Shown here: positions 30,627-38,919 of the stretch, piece by piece
Position numbering within the stretch: the first letter of the stretch is position 1
How the letters are laid out: every line of letters begins with the position of its first letter
Source of the DNA: Candidatus Binatia bacterium
GTDB lineage: Bacteria > Desulfobacterota > Binatia > UBA12015
Direction: 5' to 3'
Assembly: GCA_036563615.1 (NCBI GenBank)
Contig: DATCMB010000004.1
Location: 100,071 to 164,070, forward strand
Length of the DNA: 64,000 nt
Translations under genes and position numbers: made by a program
Notes under the pieces: model-generated
What the model was told of the DNA's origin: nothing
The model's input: the letters and a program-made list of their open reading frames with translations, nothing else
The model's database searches: none

Positions 30627-32080
30627 CGCGCCACCTCCCCGGCCGCGCCGTGCGCCGATGCGAGCGTGGCGGCGTCGTCTCCCGCAGCCGACGTGAGCGC
30701 CAGCGCCTCCGTACCACCGACCAGCGCGAGCCTGCCCTCCTCGCTCTCCGCCAGCGCCGCGAGCCGCTCGGCGTCGACGCCGGCCAGCAGCTCGAGCTCG
30801 GCGACGCGGCGCTCGCGCGCGACCCGCGTCTCGGCGATCGTCAAGCGCAGCTCGAGCAGCGTGCGCTGCGCCGCGAGCCAGGTGGCGAAGTCGCCGCTGC
30901 CGGTCGCGTACGCGCGCTCGGCGGCGGCCGCCGCCTGCTGCGCCGACGCCATCACGTGGCGCTCGAGGACGGCGCGCTGGCGCTCGGCGCTGCGCAGCGC
31001 GAGCAGCGCCGCGACGAACGCCGCCTCGCGATCGAGCTCGCCTTGCCGCGCGAGCGCCTCGCTCGCGCGCAGGTTGGCGCGCGCCTCGCGGATGCCGGCC
31101 TGGATCTGCGGGATCGTCGTCGCGAGCGTGATCGCGGCGCCGACCACCTGCTCCATGCTGCCGGTGATGCCGGCGAACGGATTGATGTCCGGCAGGTACT
31201 GCTGGCGCGCGAGATCGAGCGCCTCGGCCCGTCCCGCGACGTCGCGCCCGAGCGCCGCGAGCTCTGGGTTGGCGCGCGTCCCGACGGCGAGCAGGAGCGC
31301 GTCGTCGGGCAGCGGCCGCGGCTCGGGCAGGTCCGGCGGCGGCAGCGGCGCGTCCGGCGAGCGGCCGATCAGCGCGTTGAGCCGCGCGCGCGCCGCGGGG
31401 AGCTGTGATTCGAGCTCGAGCAGCTCGTGCTCCGCGTGGCCGTGCGCGACGTCGGCGGCGAGCAGCTCGTCCTGCGGGCGTCCTCCCGCGACGCGCGCCG
31501 CAGCGCCTTCGGCCGCGATCGCCAGCAGATCGCGCAGCTCGCGCTGCACGCGGATCTGCTCGGCGAGCAGCGCGTAGTCGAGCCACGCCGTCAGCACCTG
31601 GCGCTGCAGCGCGAACTTCGCCGCCGCGAAGCGCTCGCCGGCGGCGCGCGCCTCCTCGGTCGCGACCCGCCCCGCCGCCATCACCTTGGTCGGGAACGAC
31701 AGGTTCTGCATCGGGTCGAAGCCAACCGACAGCGACGTGCGATCCCAGCCGGTCAGGTTGCCGCCCGAGAACAGGTACTCGAAGCCGAGCTCGACGTTGG
31801 TGTTCGGGTAGCCGGCCGCGACGTCGATGCGCTCGACGGCCGCGCGCCACGCGTAGTACGCGGCCTCGAGCTCGCCGTTGGCGAGAAAGGCGTGGCGCAG
31901 CACGTCGCGCCAGTCGGGCCGCGGCGGCAGCTCGGGAGCGCTGCGCCGCGCCGCATCGTCGTCGTGCTCGTAGACGGCGCCGGCGCTCTCCATGCGGGCG
32001 CGCTCGCGCGCGGCCTCCTGCGTCGTCAGCGTGCAGCCGGCGAGCAGCAGCGCCGCGACGAGGCTCGTATGTCGGGACAT
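30623..32080 (-). CDS. cusC: TolC-family outer-membrane efflux lipoprotein (OMF)
   Basis: It has a lipobox LLLAGC and two alpha/beta repeat halves with typical OMF heptads (AAYYAWRAAVERIDVA..., LRASEALARQGELD...). Confidence 0.9.
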   Translation of the reverse strand: MSRHTSLVAALLLAGCTLTTQEAARERARMESAGAVYEHDDDAARRSAPELPPRPDWRDVLRHAFLANGELEAAYYAWRAAVERIDVAAGYPNTNVELGFEYLFSGGNLTGWDRTSLSVGFDPMQNLSFPTKVMAAGRVATEEARAAGERFAAAKFALQRQVLTAWLDYALLAEQIRVQRELRDLLAIAAEGAAARVAGGRPQDELLAADVAHGHAEHELLELESQLPAARARLNALIGRSPDAPLPPPDLPEPRPLPDDALLLAVGTRANPELAALGRDVAGRAEALDLARQQYLPDINPFAGITGSMEQVVGAAITLATTIPQIQAGIREARANLRASEALARQGELDREAAFVAALLALRSAERQRAVLERHVMASAQQAAAAAERAYATGSGDFATWLAAQRTLLELRLTIAETRVARERRVAELELLAGVDAERLAALAESEEGRLALVGGTEALALTSAAGDDAATLASAHGAAGEVAR

Positions 32081-32164
32081 CTCTCTCCTCCAGCACGGCC
32101 GCGTGCGCGGGACGCACGTCGGCCGGGTGAACTCCGAACCGGGCTTCGCGAAGCGCGAAGCGGC

Positions 32165-32674
32165 TCAGATGAGGAGCGAGGTCTGCTGCGCGAAGAGCGT
32201 GCGGGGCGGCGCTCCGGGGTCGAAGCGGCGCGGCGACGGATGGGAGGTCGCGCTCGGCGCGGCGAGCACGAGCGGCAGCGGCGGCGCGGCGGCGAGCTGG
32301 ACGGCGTCGGCGGCGCGTCCGGCCGCGGGCGGCGCCTGCTCGGGCCCGATCTGGATGGTCGGGCAGCAGGGCGGATTCGTCAGGCCCTCGTGCGCACAGC
32401 AGTCGTGCGCCATGGCGCGCGCGAGGTGCGGCGCCTCGGCCGTCGTGGCGTCGGCGTGCGCCGCGTGGTGCGCGCCGTGCCCAGCGTGGCGAGCGTGCTG
32501 CGCGGCGTGGTCCGCGTGCTGCGAGCCCTGATGCGCGTGCGCCGCGTGCTCGTGCGCCGTCGCCAGGGCCACGTCCGCCGCGCGCTCGGCGCAGCGCCAG
32601 CGCGGGCACGACTCGCTGGTCAGCCCGACGGCGACGAGCGCGATCAGCAGCAGCGGCAGGACGCGGCCTCTCAT
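32165..32674 (-). CDS. Secreted His/Cys-rich protein of unknown family, the first gene of the efflux operon
   Basis: ATG at 32674 gives a signal-like MRGRVLPLLLIALVAVGL, then the Cys pairs CPRWRC, DCC and PPCCP and the His tract AHEHAAHAHQGSQHADHAAQHARHAGHGAHHAAHAD. It lies 84 nt upstream of the OMF gene on the same strand. Confidence 0.65.
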   Translation of the reverse strand: MRGRVLPLLLIALVAVGLTSESCPRWRCAERAADVALATAHEHAAHAHQGSQHADHAAQHARHAGHGAHHAAHADATTAEAPHLARAMAHDCCAHEGLTNPPCCPTIQIGPEQAPPAAGRAADAVQLAAAPPLPLVLAAPSATSHPSPRRFDPGAPPRTLFAQQTSLLI

Positions 32675-32960
32675 CCCGCGTGCGAGGATGCAGGTCGCAC
32701 TGCGGCGAGTCAAACCACGCCCCGCGGACGGAGCGACCGCCACCGTCAAGACGCCGACCGGCGCACCCACGAAACGTCCGCGTTGCAAAAGCTGCCGGCC
32801 GATTGTTGCAGACGCCCTCGCTCCGCCGGTCGACGGCTCGATCCCGCGCGCAATGCCGGGGCGACGCGCGGCGGCCGCCGTCTTGCACGTCGAGCTGGGT
32901 GGCTCGGTGCTCACGCACCGACCCTCAACCACGGTGCTCGTCTGACGAGGGAGGTGAAGC

Positions 32961-33395
32961 ATGCTCGTCGAGGAGATCATGAGCCCGGATCCGGTCTACT
33001 GCGGACCGGACACCGACCTGCGCGAGGTCGCGCGCATGATGGTGAAGTTCGACTGTGGCGAGATCCCGGTGTGCGACGAGCTGGGACGGCCGATCGGCGT
33101 CGTCACCGACCGCGACATCGTCTGCCGCATGGTCGCGCAGGGCACGAACCCGATCGGGACGCCGGCATCGCGCTGCATGTCGCGCCCGGTGATCACCGCG
33201 CGGCCCGACATGACGGTCGATCAGGCCGCGGAGCTCATGGAGCAGCACCAGGTGCGCCGCCTGCCGGTCGTCGACGACGACGGGCTGTGCTGCGGCATGC
33301 TCGCGCAGGCCGACCTCGCGACCAAGGGCCCTGCGGAGCACGTCATCGAGGTGATGGAGGCGGTGTCCGAGCCGGCGCTCGCGTTGGGGGCTTGA
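32961..33395 (+). CDS. CBS domain pair protein, unusually Cys-rich
   Basis: A GAGGGAGG Shine-Dalgarno site precedes the start. The two CBS repeats are LREVARMMVKFDCGEIPVCDELGRPIGVVTDRDIV and VDQAAELMEQHQVRRLPVVDDDGLCCGMLAQADL. Confidence 0.85.
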   Translation: MLVEEIMSPDPVYCGPDTDLREVARMMVKFDCGEIPVCDELGRPIGVVTDRDIVCRMVAQGTNPIGTPASRCMSRPVITARPDMTVDQAAELMEQHQVRRLPVVDDDGLCCGMLAQADLATKGPAEHVIEVMEAVSEPALALGA

Positions 33396-33396
33396 G

Positions 33397-33630
33397 ATGG
33401 CCCGCTGCGAGGTGTGCCACAACGACTACGACAAGTCGTTCGAGGTCATCGCCGCCGGCGCGACGCACGTCTTCGACAGCTTCGAGTGCGCCGCGCACGC
33501 GCTCGCGCCGCGCTGCCAGCACTGCGGCTGCATGATCCTCGGCCACGGCGTCGAGGCGAGCGGACACTACTTCTGCTGCGCGAGCTGCGCCCGGAGCATG
33601 GGCGAGTCGAGCATCCGCGACCGCGCGTGA
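33397..33630 (+). CDS. 77-aa Cys/His-rich putative metal-binding protein
   Basis: It starts 1 nt after the CBS gene stop. The sequence is MARCEVCHNDYDKSFEVIAAGATHVFDSFECAAHALAPRCQHCGCMILGHGVEASGHYFCCASCARSMG, with CxxC, CxxC and CCxxC motifs. Confidence 0.7.
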   Translation: MARCEVCHNDYDKSFEVIAAGATHVFDSFECAAHALAPRCQHCGCMILGHGVEASGHYFCCASCARSMGESSIRDRA

Positions 33631-33665
33631 AGCGCGTTTCGCGGCACGCACTCGGACCAGCAGAT

Positions 33666-34367
33666 TCAGCTCTGACGTAGCTGGCTCGCGGCGAGCGTGT
33701 CGACGATCGCGGTGGCATGGACCGCGTGCACGCGACCGGCGGGGATCGTCTCGTCGCCGGCGACGAGGCGAGCGAGCATCTCCGCCTTGGCCGCGCCGTC
33801 GACCAGCCACATCACCTCGCGCGCGCGCTCGAGCACGGGGTACGTGAGCGTCATCCGACGCCGGCCCTGGTAGACGCTCGACGTCACCGCGACGTCGCGG
33901 TCGGTGACCTCGAGAACCGCGTCACCGGGCACGAGCGACGCCGTGTGGCCGTCGGGTCCGAGGCCGAGGTGCACCAGGTCGAGCACGGGCGGCGACCCGA
34001 CCACTTCGGCGAGCGTGCGCGCGTAGTCTGCGGCCGCGGCCTCCGGATCGTCGCGCTCGACCGGCATCGCGTGCACGTTTCCCGGTGGGATCCGAACGTA
34101 CGCGAGCAGGCTCGCGCGCAGGTGCGTCATGTTGCGGTCCGGGTCGCCCTCGGGCGCGATGCGCTCGTCGACCTGGAACACGTGCACCTTGTCCCACGCG
34201 ATGTCCTCGCCGACCAGCTCGCGCATCATCTCCCACGGCGTGCGTCCGCCGCTCACCGCGAAGTGGAACGCGCCCCGCGCCGCGATCGCCTCGCGCGCCG
34301 CCCGCGCCACGAGCTCCGCGCCGGCGCGCGCCACCGCCGCGGCATCCTCCTCGATGCGGATCTCCAT
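33666..34367 (-). CDS. pgl: 6-phosphogluconolactonase
   Basis: The sequence has FHFAVSGGRTPWEM, VHVFQVDERIAP and LVHLGLGPDGHTASLVPGD. Confidence 0.9.
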   Translation of the reverse strand: MEIRIEEDAAAVARAGAELVARAAREAIAARGAFHFAVSGGRTPWEMMRELVGEDIAWDKVHVFQVDERIAPEGDPDRNMTHLRASLLAYVRIPPGNVHAMPVERDDPEAAAADYARTLAEVVGSPPVLDLVHLGLGPDGHTASLVPGDAVLEVTDRDVAVTSSVYQGRRRMTLTYPVLERAREVMWLVDGAAKAEMLARLVAGDETIPAGRVHAVHATAIVDTLAASQLRQS

Positions 34368-34470
34368 CGTCCGCTCCTTTGCTTCGGCTCAGCCAACCAC
34401 GTTCGACGCGCGGGTGGAAGCGCGCAGACGCCACACCCGGCGGCGCCGGGCCCGAACACTCGACGGCGAG

Positions 34471-36474
34471 CTACCTCGCTGCCCCGTTCGGCGCGGGCTG
34501 CGCGACCATCAGCCGACGCCCGTCGCTGGCGAGGAACTCGTAGACCTGCGCGCGCACGCCCGGATAGTCGAACAGGTCGTGCGCGTACTGCGGCCACTGC
34601 ACCATCTGCGTGCGCGGTCCGCGCCGGCGGTGCGGCGCGGTCGGACGCAGCCCGTAGGCGTCGGCGAGCCGCGTCGCGAGCGCCGGGTAGAGCGCCGCGT
34701 CCTCCCCGGCAGTGACCAGCAGCAACCGCCCCTTGCTCGCGCTGCCGGTCCGGTGCGTCACGTAGCTCAGCGGGTCGCCGCCGGCGGCCGCCATCTCGTA
34801 CGGCAGCGCGAGAAGGACGAGGAGCCGCTCGAAGTATGGGTCCGGGATGCACGCCCCGGGCGGCGCGCACTGCCGGGTCTCGAGGCAGCTCCGCCCTTCC
34901 TGCGCGCCGCCGAGGCAGGTCACGTACGGCGCGCCGAGCTCCGGTCCGATGCGCAGGACGAGCCAGCCGAGGATGTCGCCGCCCGGTGCGACCAGAGCCG
35001 CTGTGCCGAGCAGCGGCTCGACCGAGCGCGCGATCGCGCCCACCATGCCGCCCAGCGAGTAGCCGAGGTAGCGCAGATCGGTGAAGCGCAGCGCCTCGCC
35101 GTCTTTCTCGCCGACCCCGCAGCGGCTCGCCGCCTGCACGGCCGCGAGCACGTCGACCGCTGCTTGACGGATGTTGCGGCCGAGCGCCGCCGGATCGAGG
35201 ACGTCGAGGAACGCGCGTCCCTCGACGCGACGCTCGCCGTGGTACGGCAGCTCGACGGCGAGCACCGCCATCCCGCGCTCGGTGAGCGCGTCGGCGTGGC
35301 GGCTCAGGATGCGCGCCGCGCTGCCCGCGTGGCCGTCGACCGCGATCACGAGCGGCGTCTCCGGCCCGACGTTCGCCGGCAGCGCCAGGAGATACGGCCG
35401 CTCGACGAGCGCCGCGTCGCCCGCCGGCAGGCCGAGCGCGCGCGCCGCCCCGCCCTCCGCGTCGCCGAGGTCGAGCGAGCGGTAGGTGCCGCGCAGCAGC
35501 CGCGCCACGTGCGGCAGACCCGCACCGAGGGTTTGCTTGACGTCGCGGTCCTCGACCGTTGACGCCGCGCACTCGAGCGCGCCGAGCCGCGCGCGGTAGT
35601 CGAGCAGGCTCCGGCGCGCATCGAGCACGCGGTAGACCGCAACGATCGACGCGGCGGGTGCCTCGTCGGCAGGAACGAACGCGAAGCGCAGCCGCCCGAT
35701 CTGCTCGGGACGCAGCGGCTCCGGCAAGGTGACGCGCACGCCCGAGAACGGCCCGAGCCCGGGCATCGCCGCGGCCTCGCGCTCGAGCCGGTGGACGACC
35801 TGCTCGGTGCGCGCCGCCGAAACGCCGCCGACGTCGCCGGCGAACGCCGACGCCGCCGGGCCCGCGAACGCCTCCTCCGGAATCGCGATCGCCTCGCCCT
35901 CCGGCCGCGGCACGACCGACGCGCGCAGCGCCCCGATCTCCTGCTCGCCGGCGCCGTAGGCGACGAGCGCGTACTTTCGCCCCGCGCGCAGCGCGACCAG
36001 CGGACGGACGAGGACCGTGCGCGCGTCGTCCCCGAGCAGCATCTGCGTCGCGACGGCGCCGGGCGGCGCGATGCGATCGCAGGCGCCGCGTCCGAGCGCG
36101 GCGCGGGCGTCGGCGAGCCGCGTCGCCACGGCGACGACGTCGCTCACCACGACGTCCGCCGCCGCCGCGCGACGCGGCGAGAGCCGCGCGCGCGCGTCGC
36201 GCAGCGCACGGTAGATCTCGACGAGCGCCGCCGCGCAGGCGTCGTCCGGCAGCTTGCAGGCGTCCGGTGCGGCGCGCAGCGGCGCGCACGCGCGGACGGC
36301 GGCCTGCACGCTGGGCTCGATCCCGAGGGCGGGCGCGACCTTCTCGGCGTGCTCCAGTGCCTCGTCGAGCTCGGCGACCAGCGCCGCGAACGACGCCGCG
36401 GGCGGCGGGTCCTCGGCCGGCGCGGGCTGCGGCGTCGCGAGGAGGACGCCGAGCGCCAGCGCGACGCCGCTCAG
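34471..36474 (-). CDS. Secreted alpha/beta hydrolase; the start codon is unresolved
   Basis: It has a GYSLGG nucleophile elbow and VIAVDGHAGSA. The first canonical start is GTG 36309. However, third-position GC is about 98% in-frame from 36310 to 36474, and that stretch encodes a signal-like SGVALALGVLLATPQPAPA. CTG at 36474 is the only candidate start there. Confidence 0.7.
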   Translation of the reverse strand: MSGVALALGVLLATPQPAPAEDPPPAASFAALVAELDEALEHAEKVAPALGIEPSVQAAVRACAPLRAAPDACKLPDDACAAALVEIYRALRDARARLSPRRAAAADVVVSDVVAVATRLADARAALGRGACDRIAPPGAVATQMLLGDDARTVLVRPLVALRAGRKYALVAYGAGEQEIGALRASVVPRPEGEAIAIPEEAFAGPAASAFAGDVGGVSAARTEQVVHRLEREAAAMPGLGPFSGVRVTLPEPLRPEQIGRLRFAFVPADEAPAASIVAVYRVLDARRSLLDYRARLGALECAASTVEDRDVKQTLGAGLPHVARLLRGTYRSLDLGDAEGGAARALGLPAGDAALVERPYLLALPANVGPETPLVIAVDGHAGSAARILSRHADALTERGMAVLAVELPYHGERRVEGRAFLDVLDPAALGRNIRQAAVDVLAAVQAASRCGVGEKDGEALRFTDLRYLGYSLGGMVGAIARSVEPLLGTAALVAPGGDILGWLVLRIGPELGAPYVTCLGGAQEGRSCLETRQCAPPGACIPDPYFERLLVLLALPYEMAAAGGDPLSYVTHRTGSASKGRLLLVTAGEDAALYPALATRLADAYGLRPTAPHRRRGPRTQMVQWPQYAHDLFDYPGVRAQVYEFLASDGRRLMVAQPAPNGAAR

Positions 36475-36957
36475 AGCGCGGAGCCTGGTCGCGCGAGCGT
36501 GCGCGCGTCCGTGCGCGCGATCGCCGCGGAGCGCCGAGTGCTCTGCCCGTGGCGCGCCGGCGCGATGGTCGTCGCGTCGGCGTCGCGCGCCAGCGCGCGG
36601 ACGGAGAAGGTCGTCACCGCGAATGGCGGTCCGCCCTCCTGCAGCGCGCGTCGGTCGTCCGGGACATCGGCGCGATCATGGAGGACGGCGGTGCGCAGCG
36701 TCAACCGCGCGCTCGCAGCATCGGAGTGTCGGCGCCCGCGCTCGCGGAATCGCATCCGGGCGTCGGCGCGCGACGCCTCCGTCAGCGAGCGATGTCTCTG
36801 GCCCGAGCCACCTGCGCTCGAGCACATGCTCGGGTTCGCCTCTCGCCCGCGACCACGACGGCTGTGCGCGCCGAATCGATCTGGCGCATTGTCTCGGCTT
36901 ACAAAATCTCTTCACGACGGCTTGTCTGCCTCGTGTCTTTCCTGTTTTATACACGAC

Positions 36958-38919
36958 GTGCGCCACCCGGAACCCGACTTCTCGAGCGACCGAGCCTCCC
37001 TTCCCCGACGCTCGCCGAGCCCGCTGCGGCGCGCGCTCGCGCTCGCGCTCCTCGCGCTCGCGCTGCTCGCCGGCGTCGTCGCGCCCGCAGCCTCCCAGGA
37101 GCGGCCGCCCAACGTCGTGCTGATCATCGGCGACGACCACGGCTGGCCGTACTCCGGCTTCATGGGCGACCCCTACGTCCAGACGCCGCACCTCGACGCG
37201 CTCGCTGCGGGCGGCACGGTGTTCGACAACGCGCACGCGACGGCGAGCACCTGCGTGCCGTCGCTGCGCTCGGTGCTCGCGGGCCTTCATCCCCAGCAGT
37301 GGGACGCGGAGGTCGCCGCGGTCGAAGCGCGGATCGGTCCGTTCGGCTTCCGCCAGGGCGTCACGCACGTCCGCACGCTGCCGCGCGAGCTCGCGCGGCA
37401 CGGCTACCTGTCGTGGGAAGGCGGCAAGATGTGGGAGTCGACTTACGCGAACGCCGGCTTCACGCACGGGCTCGCAACCGGCCCGGGCGAGCTGCTCGCC
37501 GCGGTGGGAAGCGATTTCGGACGAACGGGCTTCACCGAAGGCAAGGCGCTCGACCCGCTGCGCGAGTTCCTCGACGAGGCCTCCGACCGGCCGTTCTTCC
37601 TCTGGTTCGCGCCGCAGCTGCCGCACACACCGTTCGACGCGCCGGACGAGCTGCGGGCGCCGTACGTCGCGCTCGGTCTCAGCGCGGCCGAGATCGCCTA
37701 CTACGCCAACGTCACCTGGCTCGACGCGCTCGTCGGCGAGCTGGTCGCGGAGCTCGACGCGCGCGGCCTGCGCGACGACACGCTGCTGATCTATCTCTCG
37801 GACAACGGCTGGGGCATCACGCAGCCGATCGCCGGCGCCGGCAAAGGCAAGGGGACGCTGTACGAGCTCGGCTTCCGCACGCCGCTGGTCTTCAACTGGC
37901 CGGGACGCGTGCCGGCGGGCGTCGTGCGCCACGATCTCGTCTCGCTGCTCGACGTCATGCCGACGATCCTCGAGTTCGCCGGCGCGGAACCGCTCGACGA
38001 CCGCCCTGGCCTGAGCCTGGTCGACGCGATCACCAGCGGCACCCCGGTCGGGCGCGACGCGATCGTCGGACGCTACAACGGCACGCAGCCGGCGAACCGC
38101 GGCCACTTCGTCCGCACGCGGACCTGGCGCTACATCCGCTTCGATGACGGGCGCGAGGAGCTGTACGCGATCGCGACCGATCCGTACGAGGATCTCGACA
38201 TCGCGGGCGAGCGTCCCGACGTGCTCGAGGAGATGCGCGGTCGAATCGACGCCTGGGAGGCCGCGCTCACGCACGGGCCGCAGCGCCTCGAGGCCGCCGG
38301 TCGCGTCACCGACCTGCAAGGCCGTCCGCTCGGCGGCGTCACGCTGCAGCTCCGGGGCCGCACGCACGACCGCAAGCCCGTGCGCCTGCGCGTGCAGACC
38401 TCCCCGCGCGGCGAGTTCGTGTTCGCCGCGGTGCCGCACGGCAGCTATCAGCTGACCGCGCTGCGCGGGGCGAAGGGACTGCGCTGGGGGCCGCTCTGGT
38501 ACAAGGTTCCGCTCGACCTGCCCCTGCACGCGCTCGGCACCTACACGCCGCTGGTCGCGGCGACGAATGGGAAGGCGGCACCGGGCACGGGCCGCGTGTA
38601 CGGCATGGTGCGCGACGCGCTCGGGACACCGGTCGCCGACGCGACGATCATGCTGAGCGGCGGCGCCCCGCATCGATCCTTCGTCGTCGTTCGCAGCGAC
38701 GCGCACGGCCGCTACCGTGCGGAGCACCTGCCTGCGGGGGCCTATCGCTTGACGGCCGGCGGTTCCCGTCCGCTGCGGCCCTTGCGGCAGCGGTTCGAGC
38801 TCGCCGACGGCGAGCAGCTCCTCCTCGACCTGACGCTCTCCGGCGTGGTGAGCGTCACGTCGGCGGCGAAGCCGCTTCGCGCGCCACCTGCGGCGTCGGC
38901 TCCCACGGCGCGCCGGTGA
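36958..38919 (+). CDS. Sulfatase-family hydrolase with C-terminal carboxypeptidase-regulatory-like beta-sandwich repeats
   Basis: It has a signal LRRALALALLALALLAGVVAPAASQ, then NVVLIIGDDHGW, TCVPSLRSVLAG, LIYLSDNGW, and two GRVxD..G.P..GV...L repeats. The start is GTG 36958, with TTG 36922 as an alternative. Confidence 0.8.
   Translation: MRHPEPDFSSDRASLPRRSPSPLRRALALALLALALLAGVVAPAASQERPPNVVLIIGDDHGWPYSGFMGDPYVQTPHLDALAAGGTVFDNAHATASTCVPSLRSVLAGLHPQQWDAEVAAVEARIGPFGFRQGVTHVRTLPRELARHGYLSWEGGKMWESTYANAGFTHGLATGPGELLAAVGSDFGRTGFTEGKALDPLREFLDEASDRPFFLWFAPQLPHTPFDAPDELRAPYVALGLSAAEIAYYANVTWLDALVGELVAELDARGLRDDTLLIYLSDNGWGITQPIAGAGKGKGTLYELGFRTPLVFNWPGRVPAGVVRHDLVSLLDVMPTILEFAGAEPLDDRPGLSLVDAITSGTPVGRDAIVGRYNGTQPANRGHFVRTRTWRYIRFDDGREELYAIATDPYEDLDIAGERPDVLEEMRGRIDAWEAALTHGPQRLEAAGRVTDLQGRPLGGVTLQLRGRTHDRKPVRLRVQTSPRGEFVFAAVPHGSYQLTALRGAKGLRWGPLWYKVPLDLPLHALGTYTPLVAATNGKAAPGTGRVYGMVRDALGTPVADATIMLSGGAPHRSFVVVRSDAHGRYRAEHLPAGAYRLTAGGSRPLRPLRQRFELADGEQLLLDLTLSGVVSVTSAAKPLRAPPAASAPTARR

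Noticed and set aside
25645-30717. A 1690-aa minus-strand ORF, the longest in the track, spans the RND pump and adaptor region.
   Set aside because: It has extreme Arg/Ala/Gly/Pro composition and no recognisable motif. It is an off-frame shadow of cusA and cusB, whose own frames give textbook RND and MFP sequences. The same logic applies to 26754..28766 + and 29151..31577 +.
32795-32810. A sigma-54-like element ccGGccgattgtTGCa lies in the efflux/CBS divergent region.
   Set aside because: The spacing between the GG and GC dinucleotides is one nucleotide shorter than the -24/-12 consensus, and no enhancer-binding protein gene is nearby.
36471-36827. A 118-aa minus-strand ORF lies upstream of the hydrolase; its TGA overlaps the candidate CTG start.
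   Set aside because: It is not called as a gene. Its 3' part has fairly high third-position GC, but the sequence is Arg/Ala-rich with no recognisable domain or Shine-Dalgarno site. It is left unresolved and discussed under the CTG-start finding.
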